A stretch of 59,984 nucleotides of DNA, filler included, from Hausera hauseri (Eukaryota), in assembly GCA_046269625.1 (NCBI GenBank). It is 10 parts of 10 records of this genome, joined end to end, with 100 filler letters (N's around TTAATTAATTAA, not from the genome) between each part and the next. Parts side by side here need not be neighbours in the genome. Positions count along the whole stretch, not along the records: positions 32,457 to 51,388 come from JBJURY010133316.1; 9 more parts are not named here. The stretch is one strand, 5' to 3'. This document shows positions 36,401-46,946 of this stretch, piece by piece. The notes under the pieces were generated by a model. That model ran no database searches. It was given only the letters and a program-made list of their open reading frames with translations, and was not told where the DNA came from. The stretch's first letter is position 1, and each line of letters starts with the position of its first letter. The position numbers were made by a program, and so were the translations under genes.

Positions 36401-39400
36401 TCATGGATACCGGATAAAGCCTTTTCTCTAACTTTGATACTCTCCACCGAATGATGATCCTTTCTATTACTTTGTCGCACATCTCCAATTATACTACCAG
36501 AAATTGAGTGATTTTCACTGTTGTGCCTTTCTAACTCCATCTGTCCGCGACTCAATTTATGTTCAGCCATTGAATGTCGAATGTCACGCATACTAGGCGA
36601 ATAAGGCTGTTCCCTGGCGATACTTTGAACTGAACGCGGTTCTTGTCGATCACTGTATCTCACTCCACTACCTCTACTGTCAGCCATCGAGCGCCTTATA
36701 CTCGATTGATCGGAGTCATTGTAACTCGATAGAATATACCTCATACTTGCAATTGCTTGCTCGCCTTCTTTCACGTTTTCTAATATTTCGTCAACTATTC
36801 GATCAGCTAAAAATCTCATACTCTCCGTAACAACTGGTGAAGGAGAAGGAGAAGGAGATTTACTCGTCTGGCTAGTTCTCAGACTGCCGACATTATGTCC
36901 CGGACTCGTGTTGTTTCTCATTGACATGCTCGACTTTTTCTGACTCGTCCTAATATCAGCCATCGAATGGCGAACGTCATGTAGACTAGGAGATTTAAAT
37001 CGCTCTCCAGATAAACTTTGACGTATTTCACTGATGTGTCTATTGTCATCAGAATTTTCACTCACATTCATATCAGGTGAAGCCGACCAGTCTCGACTTG
37101 AACTATGACTTATTTTTAATGTACTTCTTGATTTCAATGGTCTAATATCAACAGCCGAATCTCTCATTACACCACCCTTATTATGTGACATAGATCGATT
37201 ACTAGCAATACTCTTCCTGCTAGGTGACATCGATCGTTCTCGAGATAAACTACTCTTCTTACTCCCGATAGAACGCTGACTTTGTCTACTGCTTTGCCGC
37301 ATTTCACTCATTATTCTGTCGGCATTTGACGTCCTGGTGCTATGTATACTAGGGGGAATACTACCAACTGAGTGGCTAGCTCTCAAACTTGTGGCAGGTC
37401 TCTCGTCTAGGGTTTCGACAATTTCATTTAGAATAGAGTCAGCTACTGATTGAAAACTCGCTTCGGCAGCAGGGGTAGCAGAGTGGATACTTATACGTTG
37501 ACTTCCTCTATGAAGATTTGGATCAATATTTGGTTCTATTAAATCTTCATTCATATGAGACAATCTGCTGTCGGCCATCGAATGTTGAATACTTCCGCCC
37601 ATTGATTTCTGTTCATGTCGACTGCTTCGTCGAACTCCCGATTTTCTACTTCCTTGTGAACTTATAGAAATCGATCTGCGATCGAGAGATCTTTCACTCT
37701 TTCTATGGCTTTTACTGCTATCAACCTTCGACTGTCTAACATCAGATGTAATTGATCTAAGCTCACTAGCTTTTCTACTTCCACTTCGATGACTCAATCT
37801 ACTGTCGGCCATCGACTGTCTAACTTCAGGTGAAATTGATCTAAGCTCACTAGCTTTTCTACTTCCACTTCGATGACTCACTCTGCTGTCGGCCATTGAC
37901 TGTCTAACTTCAGGTGAAATTGATCTATGCTCACTAGCTTTTCTACTTCCACTTCGATGACTTACTCTGCTGTCGGTCATGGAATGCCTAAATTCAGGTG
38001 AAATTGATCTATGCTCACTTGATTTTCTACTTCCACTTCGTTGACTTCTCCTACTCTCGGCATTTGAATGTCGAATGTCATGTAAACTGGGGAATGAACT
38101 TTGCTCTCTAGTTATCATACTTCTCACACTTGCCTCGGATGTATGATCTGGTCTAACGCTTTGTTTAAATCCACTTGATCTTCTCTCTGCTGCTGATATT
38201 CTATTTCGATCTACATCTGAGATCACTTCCGATGTTCGATCACTTGCCCTAATACTTTGTAAAACTTGTTCTTCTGGTATGTTTCTCTGACTATTCATTG
38301 ATCGTTTACTTCTCTGACTCATTCTGGAAGACTTCTCTCTAGACATACTATGTTTCATACTTCCGATTGATCGTTGATCTTGCATCAAACTTTTTCGCAT
38401 TCCACTTGATCTTCTCTGAGATGCTGATCTTCGGCTTCCTTCTCCATCTGACGAATGTAGTTCGTTAGCTTGAAAACCTTCCTGTGAAATCTGACTCCGA
38501 CGCCCTGATGAACGACCTTTCATTTGGCTCATCCTTTGACTTGGAGACATGGACATATCTATGGCTGAGCCACCTTTTATGCTTTCCACCGCTTCATGAA
38601 CCTGACTCATACTTTGTCGTACTTCATCTAACATTTGATCCGCCATAGAGTGCATTGTGCCTTCTGCTCCCGTGGATATTGATCTACTTAGTCTTGGTTC
38701 AGTAGGTGCTGTGGACTTGCGTAAAGAAAAATTTCTTTTTGAACTCTTTTTACTATCTGACATTGAATTTAAGCTATGTGATGCAGATCTATCTAGCACT
38801 GCACTACTTCTCATACTACCAATGGATTGTGGATATTGCGGTTTTTCACTATTTCTTCTATTAGCTGACGATTTTCGACTTGCACGAGAACTTGGTGATG
38901 ACGAATGATCTCTTCTACTCCCACTAGATCTTGTACTTCCACCAATGCGCTGACTCTGTCTCATGCTCTGTCGCATTGATGCATCTTTTTTCTCGCTCAT
39001 CTTTTTATCGGCCATAGAATGTCGCATTTCATGAATACTCTGGACTGTAGATCCATCTCTTGCCACACTGCTTCTACTTGAAATCTTTCCACTAACAACT
39101 CTGTTTCCTAACGACTTTTTACTACTTCGAACACTAGGTGAAGTTGATCGATCTCTTTTGAGTTCACTGGATCTCACGCTCACTAGAAATGGTTCTTGTT
39201 TACCCAAACTGCGCCGTGATGACATTCCCGATTTCCTATGGCTCATTTTACTATCATGAATGCTGGGGGAGTGCTCTCTCGATTCACTACCTCTGATACT
39301 TCCCATAACCTGTTCAACATGGCTCAAGCTTTGTCTTAATTGACTTCCTATGGATTGTTTAACGCTGTCTTGAGCAGGTGATGTTGATCTATCTCTTCTG

Positions 39401-42400
39401 CTTCCGGTTGATTTTCTATTTTGACTCATACTTTCTCTCATATTACTACTTCGTCTGTCTGGGGTCGATCTTCTACTTTCAGAAGTACCCGATCTTTTAC
39501 TTTCACGCATAGTTGATACTTTTGAATGACGACTTGATCTCATACTTCCTGCGCCTCCTTGGTCATGAATTTGGCTTTGTCGAACCGACGTATTCACTGT
39601 TCTACTGCTTGGTCTTTTACTTTCGGCGTGTGAGCTCAACACGCTTGGGCGATATTCTTCAAATGGCACTTCCTGAGTAGTTTCAAAGACTTGCTCTGCT
39701 GGAGCTATAATTCGTGATTCAACCACCGATCGTCTAACTTCATGCCCACTTCCACTTTGCCTCACTGATGAACGCAAGCTCTGCTCTCTTACGCTATGTC
39801 CTGATGTTCTTTGCAAGACACTCGAACCTTCTCTGGGTTTATTACTGATTCGTGAACTTTTTCTAGAATGCTGAAATGAACCCATATCATCAATAACGCT
39901 GGGAACTGCTTCTACTTCGTCTGATGCTTCTATTATCATGTTACTACTAACAGATCTTCTCTCAACTTCAACAACTCCTCCATCGCTTGTTCTCTGACCA
40001 GAAAGTACAATGTGTTCTTCTTGTATGCCTACTGAGACTTTTGAATCACTTTCATGATCAACGTCTTTATCATGTCCATCATACAGATCATCAAAATTCT
40101 CTTCTTCATCCGAACTTTCGCTACTAACAGATCTTATAGTTGTTTCGATTAAACTTTTTTTAATGTAAGTCTCGCCGTCTTCTGTTTCCACGGATTCCTC
40201 AGAATATTCTGTATGGGTAATTTCAATTTCCTCTGCTTCGGGTTCACTTTTAGCGCTTTGCCTCACACTTTCTTTCACGGAGGGATCCCGAGTTACAAGG
40301 AATTGTGGAACACAGCAATCAGTGGAACATGCAACATCAAAACATTGTAGTGAATGGGCATTAGGTGCCAGTATACCTGGATGACATAATCTTTGGCAAC
40401 ATGTTATTTGAGGACATGGTTTTGGTACTGGACACTCTCGTTGACTACTACCACGACCTGTAACTAAGCTCACCAACGGTCGCTTAACTTCGTTTTTCAA
40501 TTCCGATATTCTAATGGTTTCAACAGGTCTTGAATCATCATTGTCACAAAATCGGTTGTCGTAGATAATAATATGACTGTCCTTTGGACAACTTCGTCTA
40601 GCAGATAACCTCAAGTCACCATCGGATCTGCGTATAGAAACCACGTCTTCACCTGGACCAGTACCTACACCGGATTCCATTCTATATTTAACTGGTTCAT
40701 CCTCGTCATAATATTCCTCATCCATATTATCAACTTCATCATACTGTTGTTGAAATTCATAAACTTGTTTTTTACTGCTTGGAGGTCTCGCGTACTCTTC
40801 ATAATCGAACATCTCTGTAGTTTCCAACTGTTCATTAGGTGTTAAACTTGATTTTCGAATTGATGCTATTTTCCTGTCTGTACACTCTGCGCTACTGCTT
40901 ATTTCAGATACCGGGATGTCCAAATCATGGTTTGAGTGGTAGCTTAAATGAGAAGTTTGGCTTCCACCACGTTTGTAAATGGAATTAACTTGAGTGCTTT
41001 TCCTTTGTGATGATCTAACAGATGAGTTTGGGGTGCCATGTTCAATGATTGATGGATTATCATTTTCTGATTGCTGTATATACGAGTGGCATTCTACTTC
41101 TGCATCAATCATCGGTGATTCAACATAAGTTTGACAACATACGTTACATGGAGGAGGAGACTCTCCTCCACAACATGGAGGCAGTCCTGTGGTTGATAGA
41201 TTTCTACATCCTGGAACTGGGCACATTTGAAGGGGTACTTGAAAGTTCATGCCGCAAGGTTGACTATTACAGTATGGATCACTGATCAATCTAGGTACAC
41301 TGTCAAACATTACCCTTCCGTCAATACATTGAGTTTGACATCCACAGCTTTCAAAGGATACTGATTGTGCAACACTGGGACGACAACAATCACAACCAGT
41401 GACATGAGGCATATTTTCTTGAATTTGAACGCATTGTACATTTTGGGGACTGCACGCAACGGGAAGAGTTGACACGGTACCAGGACAGCAAGGAACGTGG
41501 ACGTTTGGAACTGTTTCATGGACTTGAACACGGCATACTCCTCCTGTGCAGCATGGAGATGGAACACTTTGTATAGTTTCTTGAATTTGAACATGAGGTA
41601 CATTAACTGTGCAACAAGGAGATGGAACACTTTGGACTGTCTCTTGAATTTGTACACGAGAAACATTTCCTGTACAACAAGGAGATGGAACACTTTGGAC
41701 GGTTTCTTGAATTTGAACACGAGAAACATTTCCTGTAGAACAAGGAGATGGAACAGTTTGGACAGTCTCTTGAATTTGAACACGAGAAACATTTCCTGTA
41801 AAACAAGGAGATGGAACACTTTGGACAGTTTCTTGAATGGCAAAACGAGAAACATTACCAACAGAACAAGGGGATGGGGAAGTTGGCAAAATTTCTTTAA
41901 TTTGAACATGAGGCATATTTCCGGCACAATAAGGAGATTGGGGACTTGGTACCATTTCTTGAATTTGAACACGCGAAACATTTCCAGTATAACAGGGTGC
42001 TGATACATTTGGTACAATTTCTTGGATTTGAATACGAGATAGAGTTTCTGGACAGCAAGGAGCTTGAAACTTTGGTAAATCGTCGTGAAACTGAACACGA
42101 GGAACATTTCTTGAACACGATGACACTTGAACATTGGGCACAAATTCTGGAATTAGAATTCGAGGCATATTTCCTGTACAACATGGAGCATAAGTATTGG
42201 GTACAGTTTCTTGGATTTTAACATGTGAAACGCTTCCTATAGAGCATTGTGGTTGGACGTTTGCTACTACTTCTTCAAATTGCATATGAGGTAAATATCC
42301 TGCAAAACAAGGAGGCTGAATATTTGACACAACTTCTTGAATTTGCATATGAGGTAAATTTCCTGGACAACAAGGAGTCTGAACGTTTGATATGACTTCT

Positions 42401-45400
42401 TGAAATTGTACGTGAGGGACATTTCCAGTACAGGATGGAGTCGGAATGTTTGATACTACTTCTTGATATTGTACATGAGGGACACTTCCACCACAACAAG
42501 GAGTCTGAATGTCTCGATATTGCATATACCCACCACAACAAGGAGTCTGAACGTTTGGTGCAACTTCTTGAATTTTCACACGAGGTAAAGCATCTGGACA
42601 ATAAGGAACTTGGACGTTTGGCATAATTTCCTGGATCTGAATTCGTGGCACATTTCCATTGAAACAAGGCGGCTGAACTTTGTGTATAGTGTCACGTATT
42701 CGAAGACGTGGTAACTTCTCTGCCCAACAAGGCGTTTGGATTTTGATTATAGTTTGGTGGCAGGTTTGGAAATTTGCATGAGGTGGTTCGATAATTATGC
42801 TTACTGGGTTGTGGACAGTGCATCCATGTGGATCGCTGCTAACCTGCAGTGTAATAAGTGGTTGGGTTGCTTCTGATAATGAGGGTGAAAAACAGCCACC
42901 TGCATAATCTACGGGCGAAAAGATTTGATAAGGACACCCAATAGGCGTACAAGGTTCACATTCTTGGTAAAGGTGTTTAACAAGTCTCGGTGATGAAAAT
43001 TGCATCGGTTGTTGTCCACAGACAATTTTTTCTTTAATAGTCTCACATGGTGACAAAGTCAAATTGCAAAATCGTCGATCGGGATCCTTGATAATGGAAA
43101 CTAAATGGTTACAATGGTGAATAGATGTACTGTGTTCTACACATGGTGGATGGGGATCACGAATGTATACATCTCTCACAGCCGCACAACATTCCGCCTC
43201 ATTGTAAGGTCCAAATAGAGCCTTTTTTAAAACGTTTACTTTCTTGGATTTTTGATGAGGAGATGTAGGCTTTGAAAAAAGCTGCTGATTGATAGTGGCG
43301 ATACATGATAGGCGACTTAAGCACCTGTCAGGAGTACAATAGCATTGACCCATTTGTCTACAATTGTCAACATCCGGATGTCCAAACGCGTCTGTATGGT
43401 ACTGCGTGAACGTCATTACTGGTTGGTAAGGATCGCTTTCTTGACTTGAGTACTTGAGTGACCTTGACGCATTACCGGATACTGTGACGGATCTGACCGA
43501 ATTTCCAAAACTTGGAATGCTGGTGTATGAAATTGTCCTGTCCGATTCAAAATATGGATTAATGGAATAGTTGTTTTCATTAGTATTACAAATCTTTTCA
43601 AATTTATGACCTTTATACAATATTACATTTCGATGTTCGGGTTCAACGAAAACTGAAGAAATTAGATCTGTGCCATTATCAATTTCCACTATTTGGGAAT
43701 TACGACTGCTTTCCGAACGAGCTAATGAATGATTATTGACATTTCGATTTGCTTGAATGACCGAGGCCAATGAATTTCTCTTCCTCTTTGATCTTCCACT
43801 GTCCATAGGCGATGGATAGTATTGTAGATCTCTTTGAATTGAATTTGAATTCATTTGTTGTGCTTCTCTTTGAATGGCCATTGAGTTCTTACAATGGATG
43901 AATGGAAACGGTTCGACGGCAATCTCATGAGGCACTTCTCCCTGATGAGTGACTCTCATTATATGGGATTCTATTCCACTAGTAAATGCATCAGTTTGCA
44001 CGGATTGTGTCTTAAAAACCTTCTGTGGTACAGCATCGCGAATTTTATTAGGGGAGGTATCAATACTGTTGTTCATGTTGGATCCAAGACATTTGTTTTG
44101 ACAAAGAACACTATCGGACATGGCTTTATTGAAACACAATTTAGCTGGATTATTTGCTGCATCGGATGGAGAGGACGTTTGGGTACAACAATCAACATTA
44201 GGATCAGCATTAGTCGTAATGGGTACGATGATGTTTGGATTACGACTATGTTCAGTATTGACGGAATTGCTGGAATTATTTTTGTTACTAACAAGTCTAA
44301 ATGTCCTCTGTTTTGTGGAAATTGTCGGCTGACTTGACGCTCGTCGTCGTCCATTGGGTTCCAGTCTAAATGGTGAACTGCAGCCTTTCAGCATCTCTAT
44401 GGACGGCCGTCGACAATGTTTAGGTTTATTAATAATATTGATGTTTTGTCTAATGTGGTCCCCATCATCGTACGATGTGTCAATGTTATTGATCATTGAT
44501 GTTGGTAGGCTTACTTCGTTTTCAAAGAAATCACCTTGTCGAATATAGTCGTAATACATTCGTGGATCGTATTCATCTTCCTCAAATGACTCATCAGAAC
44601 ACTCATCAATATACAATGAACCTTGGCTTCGTTTTTTACCGATTTGTTTGACAAAATTTCCTTTTTCGAATTGATTTTCAAATAAATCATATTCGGGATC
44701 ATCTAAATCCATATTTAGCGATGGACGGCGTCGATGAGGTTTCAGGGTCATCGGGTGACTTCGTTCGTTGTGACAATAATAATCATTTTCATTGCACGAA
44801 CTGCTGGACACCGATATACGTGGCTTCTGTTTCCCATCGGGCGACCATAAGTTATCATCGTGCAGTTTTTGAATGGGTGACATGCTAAAACATTTACATC
44901 GTACAATTTCTGTTTGAGTTTCATTCTGTATACCACGATTCGTTTGGGTTTTCTTTTCGATTGGCTTTTGGTTCACTTTGAGACACACCTTTTGACTGGC
45001 CTTTTGAGCAGGTTTCTGATATGACTTTGGACAAGACTTCATCGTACTGAAATGGCATTTGTTACTATCACTTTTGTTTTTCTTCAGTATGGTTGATTTA
45101 TCTAACACGCAATCGTCACTAGCAGAATCTGATGAAGACGATTTACATGATTGTGAAGTTGTGGCACAGGTCGGCTCAGATTCTGATGAGGATGACGAAC
45201 TACTACTACACATAAACGCCCTTTCTTTCTTACTTTTCCTTACTTTTTCTTTCTTGGAGCTATTTGCAAATCGATTTTTAATACAAACAACAGGATCAGG
45301 CTGCATCGGATCAATGGCAGCCACGTGTTTGATGAGATCAGCAATTTCCCTGGCAGATAGTTTGTAGTGCATACAAACATCCATAAGCCGACCATAATCA

Positions 45401-45753
45401 AACCAACACCTATTGGAGTCCCTTGAGTAAACACAAATCTGAGATAGATCAGTTGGCATGGAACCTTTACTTGCCATTTCTCGAGCAATTTCTCGAACAC
45501 AGTCCTTGAACACCGTTGCCTTAGTACTCATTGAATTGTTTATTCCAGAACCATCGCCGTCTAACCAAGTCGAATGATCCAAGATTTTAAACAGTCGTAA
45601 CAAACAATTTTTTGGTCTGTTGTCCACGAGATTTTTCTTTGAAATAGGTCTTTTCGATTTGGCTGATGTGTTCAATATTTTTAGCTTTTCATTAGGTCCT
45701 TTCTTTGATTTGGTCAATTCACAAACGAACAAACTGGCATGAGCATGGTCCAA
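33433..45753 (-). CDS. Giant intronless low-complexity protein (~4,030-4,100 aa) with Cys/Pro/Val/Gln repeats and a long Ser/Arg-rich repeat region; function unknown
   Basis: 12.3 kb with no stop codon in AT-rich DNA; first ATG at 45531 (MSTKATV); internal repeats are codon-phased (63 bp and 84 bp). Confidence 0.85.
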   Translation of the reverse strand: MDHAHASLFVCELTKSKKGPNEKLKILNTSAKSKRPISKKNLVDNRPKNCLLRLFKILDHSTWLDGDGSGINNSMSTKATVFKDCVREIAREMASKGSMPTDLSQICVYSRDSNRCWFDYGRLMDVCMHYKLSAREIADLIKHVAAIDPMQPDPVVCIKNRFANSSKKEKVRKSKKERAFMCSSSSSSSSESEPTCATTSQSCKSSSSDSASDDCVLDKSTILKKNKSDSNKCHFSTMKSCPKSYQKPAQKASQKVCLKVNQKPIEKKTQTNRGIQNETQTEIVRCKCFSMSPIQKLHDDNLWSPDGKQKPRISVSSSSCNENDYYCHNERSHPMTLKPHRRRPSLNMDLDDPEYDLFENQFEKGNFVKQIGKKRSQGSLYIDECSDESFEEDEYDPRMYYDYIRQGDFFENEVSLPTSMINNIDTSYDDGDHIRQNINIINKPKHCRRPSIEMLKGCSSPFRLEPNGRRRASSQPTISTKQRTFRLVSNKNNSSNSVNTEHSRNPNIIVPITTNADPNVDCCTQTSSPSDAANNPAKLCFNKAMSDSVLCQNKCLGSNMNNSIDTSPNKIRDAVPQKVFKTQSVQTDAFTSGIESHIMRVTHQGEVPHEIAVEPFPFIHCKNSMAIQREAQQMNSNSIQRDLQYYPSPMDSGRSKRKRNSLASVIQANRNVNNHSLARSESSRNSQIVEIDNGTDLISSVFVEPEHRNVILYKGHKFEKICNTNENNYSINPYFESDRTISYTSIPSFGNSVRSVTVSGNASRSLKYSSQESDPYQPVMTFTQYHTDAFGHPDVDNCRQMGQCYCTPDRCLSRLSCIATINQQLFSKPTSPHQKSKKVNVLKKALFGPYNEAECCAAVRDVYIRDPHPPCVEHSTSIHHCNHLVSIIKDPDRRFCNLTLSPCETIKEKIVCGQQPMQFSSPRLVKHLYQECEPCTPIGCPYQIFSPVDYAGGCFSPSLSEATQPLITLQVSSDPHGCTVHNPVSIIIEPPHANFQTCHQTIIKIQTPCWAEKLPRLRIRDTIHKVQPPCFNGNVPRIQIQEIMPNVQVPYCPDALPRVKIQEVAPNVQTPCCGGYMQYRDIQTPCCGGSVPHVQYQEVVSNIPTPSCTGNVPHVQFQEVISNVQTPCCPGNLPHMQIQEVVSNIQPPCFAGYLPHMQFEEVVANVQPQCSIGSVSHVKIQETVPNTYAPCCTGNMPRILIPEFVPNVQVSSCSRNVPRVQFHDDLPKFQAPCCPETLSRIQIQEIVPNVSAPCYTGNVSRVQIQEMVPSPQSPYCAGNMPHVQIKEILPTSPSPCSVGNVSRFAIQETVQSVPSPCFTGNVSRVQIQETVQTVPSPCSTGNVSRVQIQETVQSVPSPCCTGNVSRVQIQETVQSVPSPCCTVNVPHVQIQETIQSVPSPCCTGGVCRVQVHETVPNVHVPCCPGTVSTLPVACSPQNVQCVQIQENMPHVTGCDCCRPSVAQSVSFESCGCQTQCIDGRVMFDSVPRLISDPYCNSQPCGMNFQVPLQMCPVPGCRNLSTTGLPPCCGGESPPPCNVCCQTYVESPMIDAEVECHSYIQQSENDNPSIIEHGTPNSSVRSSQRKSTQVNSIYKRGGSQTSHLSYHSNHDLDIPVSEISSSAECTDRKIASIRKSSLTPNEQLETTEMFDYEEYARPPSSKKQVYEFQQQYDEVDNMDEEYYDEDEPVKYRMESGVGTGPGEDVVSIRRSDGDLRLSARRSCPKDSHIIIYDNRFCDNDDSRPVETIRISELKNEVKRPLVSLVTGRGSSQRECPVPKPCPQITCCQRLCHPGILAPNAHSLQCFDVACSTDCCVPQFLVTRDPSVKESVRQSAKSEPEAEEIEITHTEYSEESVETEDGETYIKKSLIETTIRSVSSESSDEEENFDDLYDGHDKDVDHESDSKVSVGIQEEHIVLSGQRTSDGGVVEVERRSVSSNMIIEASDEVEAVPSVIDDMGSFQHSRKSSRISNKPREGSSVLQRTSGHSVREQSLRSSVRQSGSGHEVRRSVVESRIIAPAEQVFETTQEVPFEEYRPSVLSSHAESKRPSSRTVNTSVRQSQIHDQGGAGSMRSSRHSKVSTMRESKRSGTSESRRSTPDRRSSNMRESMSQNRKSTGSRRDRSTSPAQDSVKQSIGSQLRQSLSHVEQVMGSIRGSESREHSPSIHDSKMSHRKSGMSSRRSLGKQEPFLVSVRSSELKRDRSTSPSVRSSKKSLGNRVVSGKISSRSSVARDGSTVQSIHEMRHSMADKKMSEKKDASMRQSMRQSQRIGGSTRSSGSRRDHSSSPSSRASRKSSANRRNSEKPQYPQSIGSMRSSAVLDRSASHSLNSMSDSKKSSKRNFSLRKSTAPTEPRLSRSISTGAEGTMHSMADQMLDEVRQSMSQVHEAVESIKGGSAIDMSMSPSQRMSQMKGRSSGRRSQISQEGFQANELHSSDGEGSRRSASQRRSSGMRKSLMQDQRSIGSMKHSMSREKSSRMSQRSKRSMNSQRNIPEEQVLQSIRASDRTSEVISDVDRNRISAAERRSSGFKQSVRPDHTSEASVRSMITREQSSFPSLHDIRHSNAESRRSQRSGSRKSSEHRSISPEFRHSMTDSRVSHRSGSRKASEHRSISPEVRQSMADSRVSHRSGSRKASELRSISPEVRQSMADSRLSHRSGSRKASELRSITSDVRQSKVDSSKSHRKSERSLDRRSISISSQGSRKSGVRRSSRHEQKSMGGSIQHSMADSRLSHMNEDLIEPNIDPNLHRGSQRISIHSATPAAEASFQSVADSILNEIVETLDERPATSLRASHSVGSIPPSIHSTRTSNADRIMSEMRQSSRQSQRSIGSKKSSLSRERSMSPSRKSIASNRSMSHNKGGVMRDSAVDIRPLKSRSTLKISHSSSRDWSASPDMNVSENSDDNRHISEIRQSLSGERFKSPSLHDVRHSMADIRTSQKKSSMSMRNNTSPGHNVGSLRTSQTSKSPSPSPSPVVTESMRFLADRIVDEILENVKEGEQAIASMRYILSSYNDSDQSSIRRSMADSRGSGVRYSDRQEPRSVQSIAREQPYSPSMRDIRHSMAEHKLSRGQMELERHNSENHSISGSIIGDVRQSNRKDHHSVESIKVREKALSGIHDIRHSTVESKMSQRKVELDRHNIIASEDQNAYEKQSILNSRIGDVRQSDQRSIANKISRLARETSQDVRHSIAESKVRQSRQIEFDQLQNLAPEERKSSSTRTSGYGLEPVVIDETRPGGSVRTSAQALDQLISQESRKSLDELRKMGSIRTSGRGSDQLISEETRKSMDELRKMGSLRPSGFEPDPFVPGEQRQSINEIINVTSIRTNEQGLDQFLVEESRKSINETKNVGSMRTNGPELHNFLLEEEPRGSVHESRKSIPQEPQMIGLNVFDDTKHPSVTSRTTADNRASLIMKDLTYQAGPSPFDLPNERSSVPPVKDRHSLSEGRKSQHKIQESRSVRSVSGSQNLIDLDDNQDDIADPVGTFSLQSGAVKNPKKPHNKSFIDRRRKFSVIPRNTESFVSNASDGFEDDIPKAESAIISNTSKEKEPCSVKIHSSKSGSSRKSSKKVKVRTADQTESELRRNYRTPSDMDAYVTSVKRQSLGLASHSDKVEEKAADKRQDDEVNDIVFLSKRDDELEFNEAENDIRLSASKDRETRKIDSSMDTRPSISNPFTESLHRVRSKSSKWQSKNNQGFFSQRCSPISESTQNMPIFIENHGNNCLNNSASNKQAEHLMVKIIPLSEFPYGCPVKNKQYALSKYGILFLTDSQARQVKHGLIRLLPLLFDQFENCQLQEFSNSMEAVATIQTQNDNSFCFSRPHRIVLEAPEKATVQLPISLKRLPKKKSRLGRLFKSFKHRKSSNDNHQRTKQNDQRAVFLMELKGRIMGLIKKCKSSAKHKPPLIATSPLDESDKSVSTCRCPTSVMTVLSNASRTSVLSKSSTYVQTTSAGDNFTGYEHVEKRWVSEPLIPYNETTNTTTTFSTDESPFTCTNLNENYTNDLNLLCIEVLKKMDRNLQSVHSESLEKIIQVLDTCPSSSKDTLKVIVKALQYLNSNATDQSQSNRTLDSVSSIKTFSGDRVDSLPLIRHHMLHSDKTDEYLVSAFSY
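37730..38060 (-). repeat. 84-bp (28-aa) coding tandem repeat SISPEVRQSMADSRVSHRSGSRKASELR
   Basis: gcttttctacttccacttcgatgact recurs at an 84-bp period; degenerate 84-bp units also at ~35620-36100. Confidence 0.9.
41480..42720 (-). repeat. 63-bp (21-aa) coding tandem repeat VQIQETVQSVPSPCCTGNVSR
   Basis: ttgaattt..acacgagaaacatttcctgt recurs at a 63-bp period (e.g. ~41645, 41708, 41771). Confidence 0.92.
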
Positions 45754-46018
45754 TTCAAGTAATTCGATCGGAATAATGACTTTCTCAAATGTCTTTAGTT
45801 TTGTGGAGAGTTTGACGCATCCATCACGAATAATTTCGTTGCAATTACATTAAGAATTGTTGAAGGCTTTGTGCGACACGATTTTCAACTCTTTGCAAAA
45901 TACTTCATCGTCCGATCGAGCATCTTTCATAAGAATATTGAATAATTCGACAGAATTTGCACAGATGTACGCTTTAAATCCATTAAATGAAAATACAAAC
46001 GTTTTTGGAAGTCATTCT

Positions 46019-46444
46019 TCTGACACCAATTTGTTATTTATTGAGTAAAAATGTCCGTAGGAGCAGAATTAGATTAATCTACAATTTTTTTCCTGAAATT
46101 GAATACGAGAACAAGAAATTAAATTTTTAAGTGAAAATGTATAAACTGATATAACTTAAAAATTAAAACGGATGATAAAATCGATTTATAGATGCATTTA
46201 TTTTGATATCATCATTACTTTCAAACTGATTTTTTCTATTTTTGTCAATTTTTTTCAGTGCTTCATTTATCAAATTCTGATGTAATTCATTTTCTTTCGA
46301 GGTGGAAAATTGGGGCCCGCCTATGCGTTCGGCGCGCCGGCAGCGGAAGTCCGGCCGTGCCCAACCGAATGGGCCGGAGGGCGACGATCGACGCGGGCAC
46401 TACATCACCCCCCCCGTGGCAAAGTTAAAACTACAAAGAATAAA
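46019..46444 (+). repeat. Left arm of a ~425-bp inverted repeat
   Basis: Reverse complement of 46947-47374 with scattered substitutions and indels; GC-rich core at 46311-46420. Confidence 0.95.
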
Positions 46445-46946
46445 AGATAGAGAGAAAAAATCACAAAACGAAAAGTGTGTGTTAGCTGAGCTTAGTGTGA
46501 ATAAGACGCTGAATATCTTCGACTGATTTTTCCCTACTATACTGGCTGAATGTGACTCTGCATGTTGTGTGCTTATGCAATGTGTTTTTTTGCAGAGATT
46601 GAGATTGTGGAAAGAAATTGGTAGATTTTGGTGTAGGTATTGTGTTGTGCGAAGATGAGACAGAATAAAAAGAAGACAAAGAAGGAAGAGGGATTGTTGA
46701 AGACGGATGGTTAAAGGCGTTGCAAAGAGTGTTAGAAGACGAAGGAGCAATGAAAGGTGTATTGACGGATAAAGGAAGAGAGGAAAGTGTTGGAGTAAAG
46801 ATTGGAATTGTGTTGAGTGGAAGAGTTGAAGAGGAAGATGAAACAGAAGTAGTGGTAGGAATAAAAGTATAAAGTGTAGAAAATGATGGAGCAAGACTAG
46901 GCGCGGAAGGGGAAGGTGGAAATAGTGTAGCAATAGATGTAGTGAT

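Noticed and set aside
33478-45500. Many short ORFs overlapping the giant ORF (e.g. 41310-42143, 41497-42003)
   Set aside because: These are shadow or alternative-frame products of codon-phased repeats
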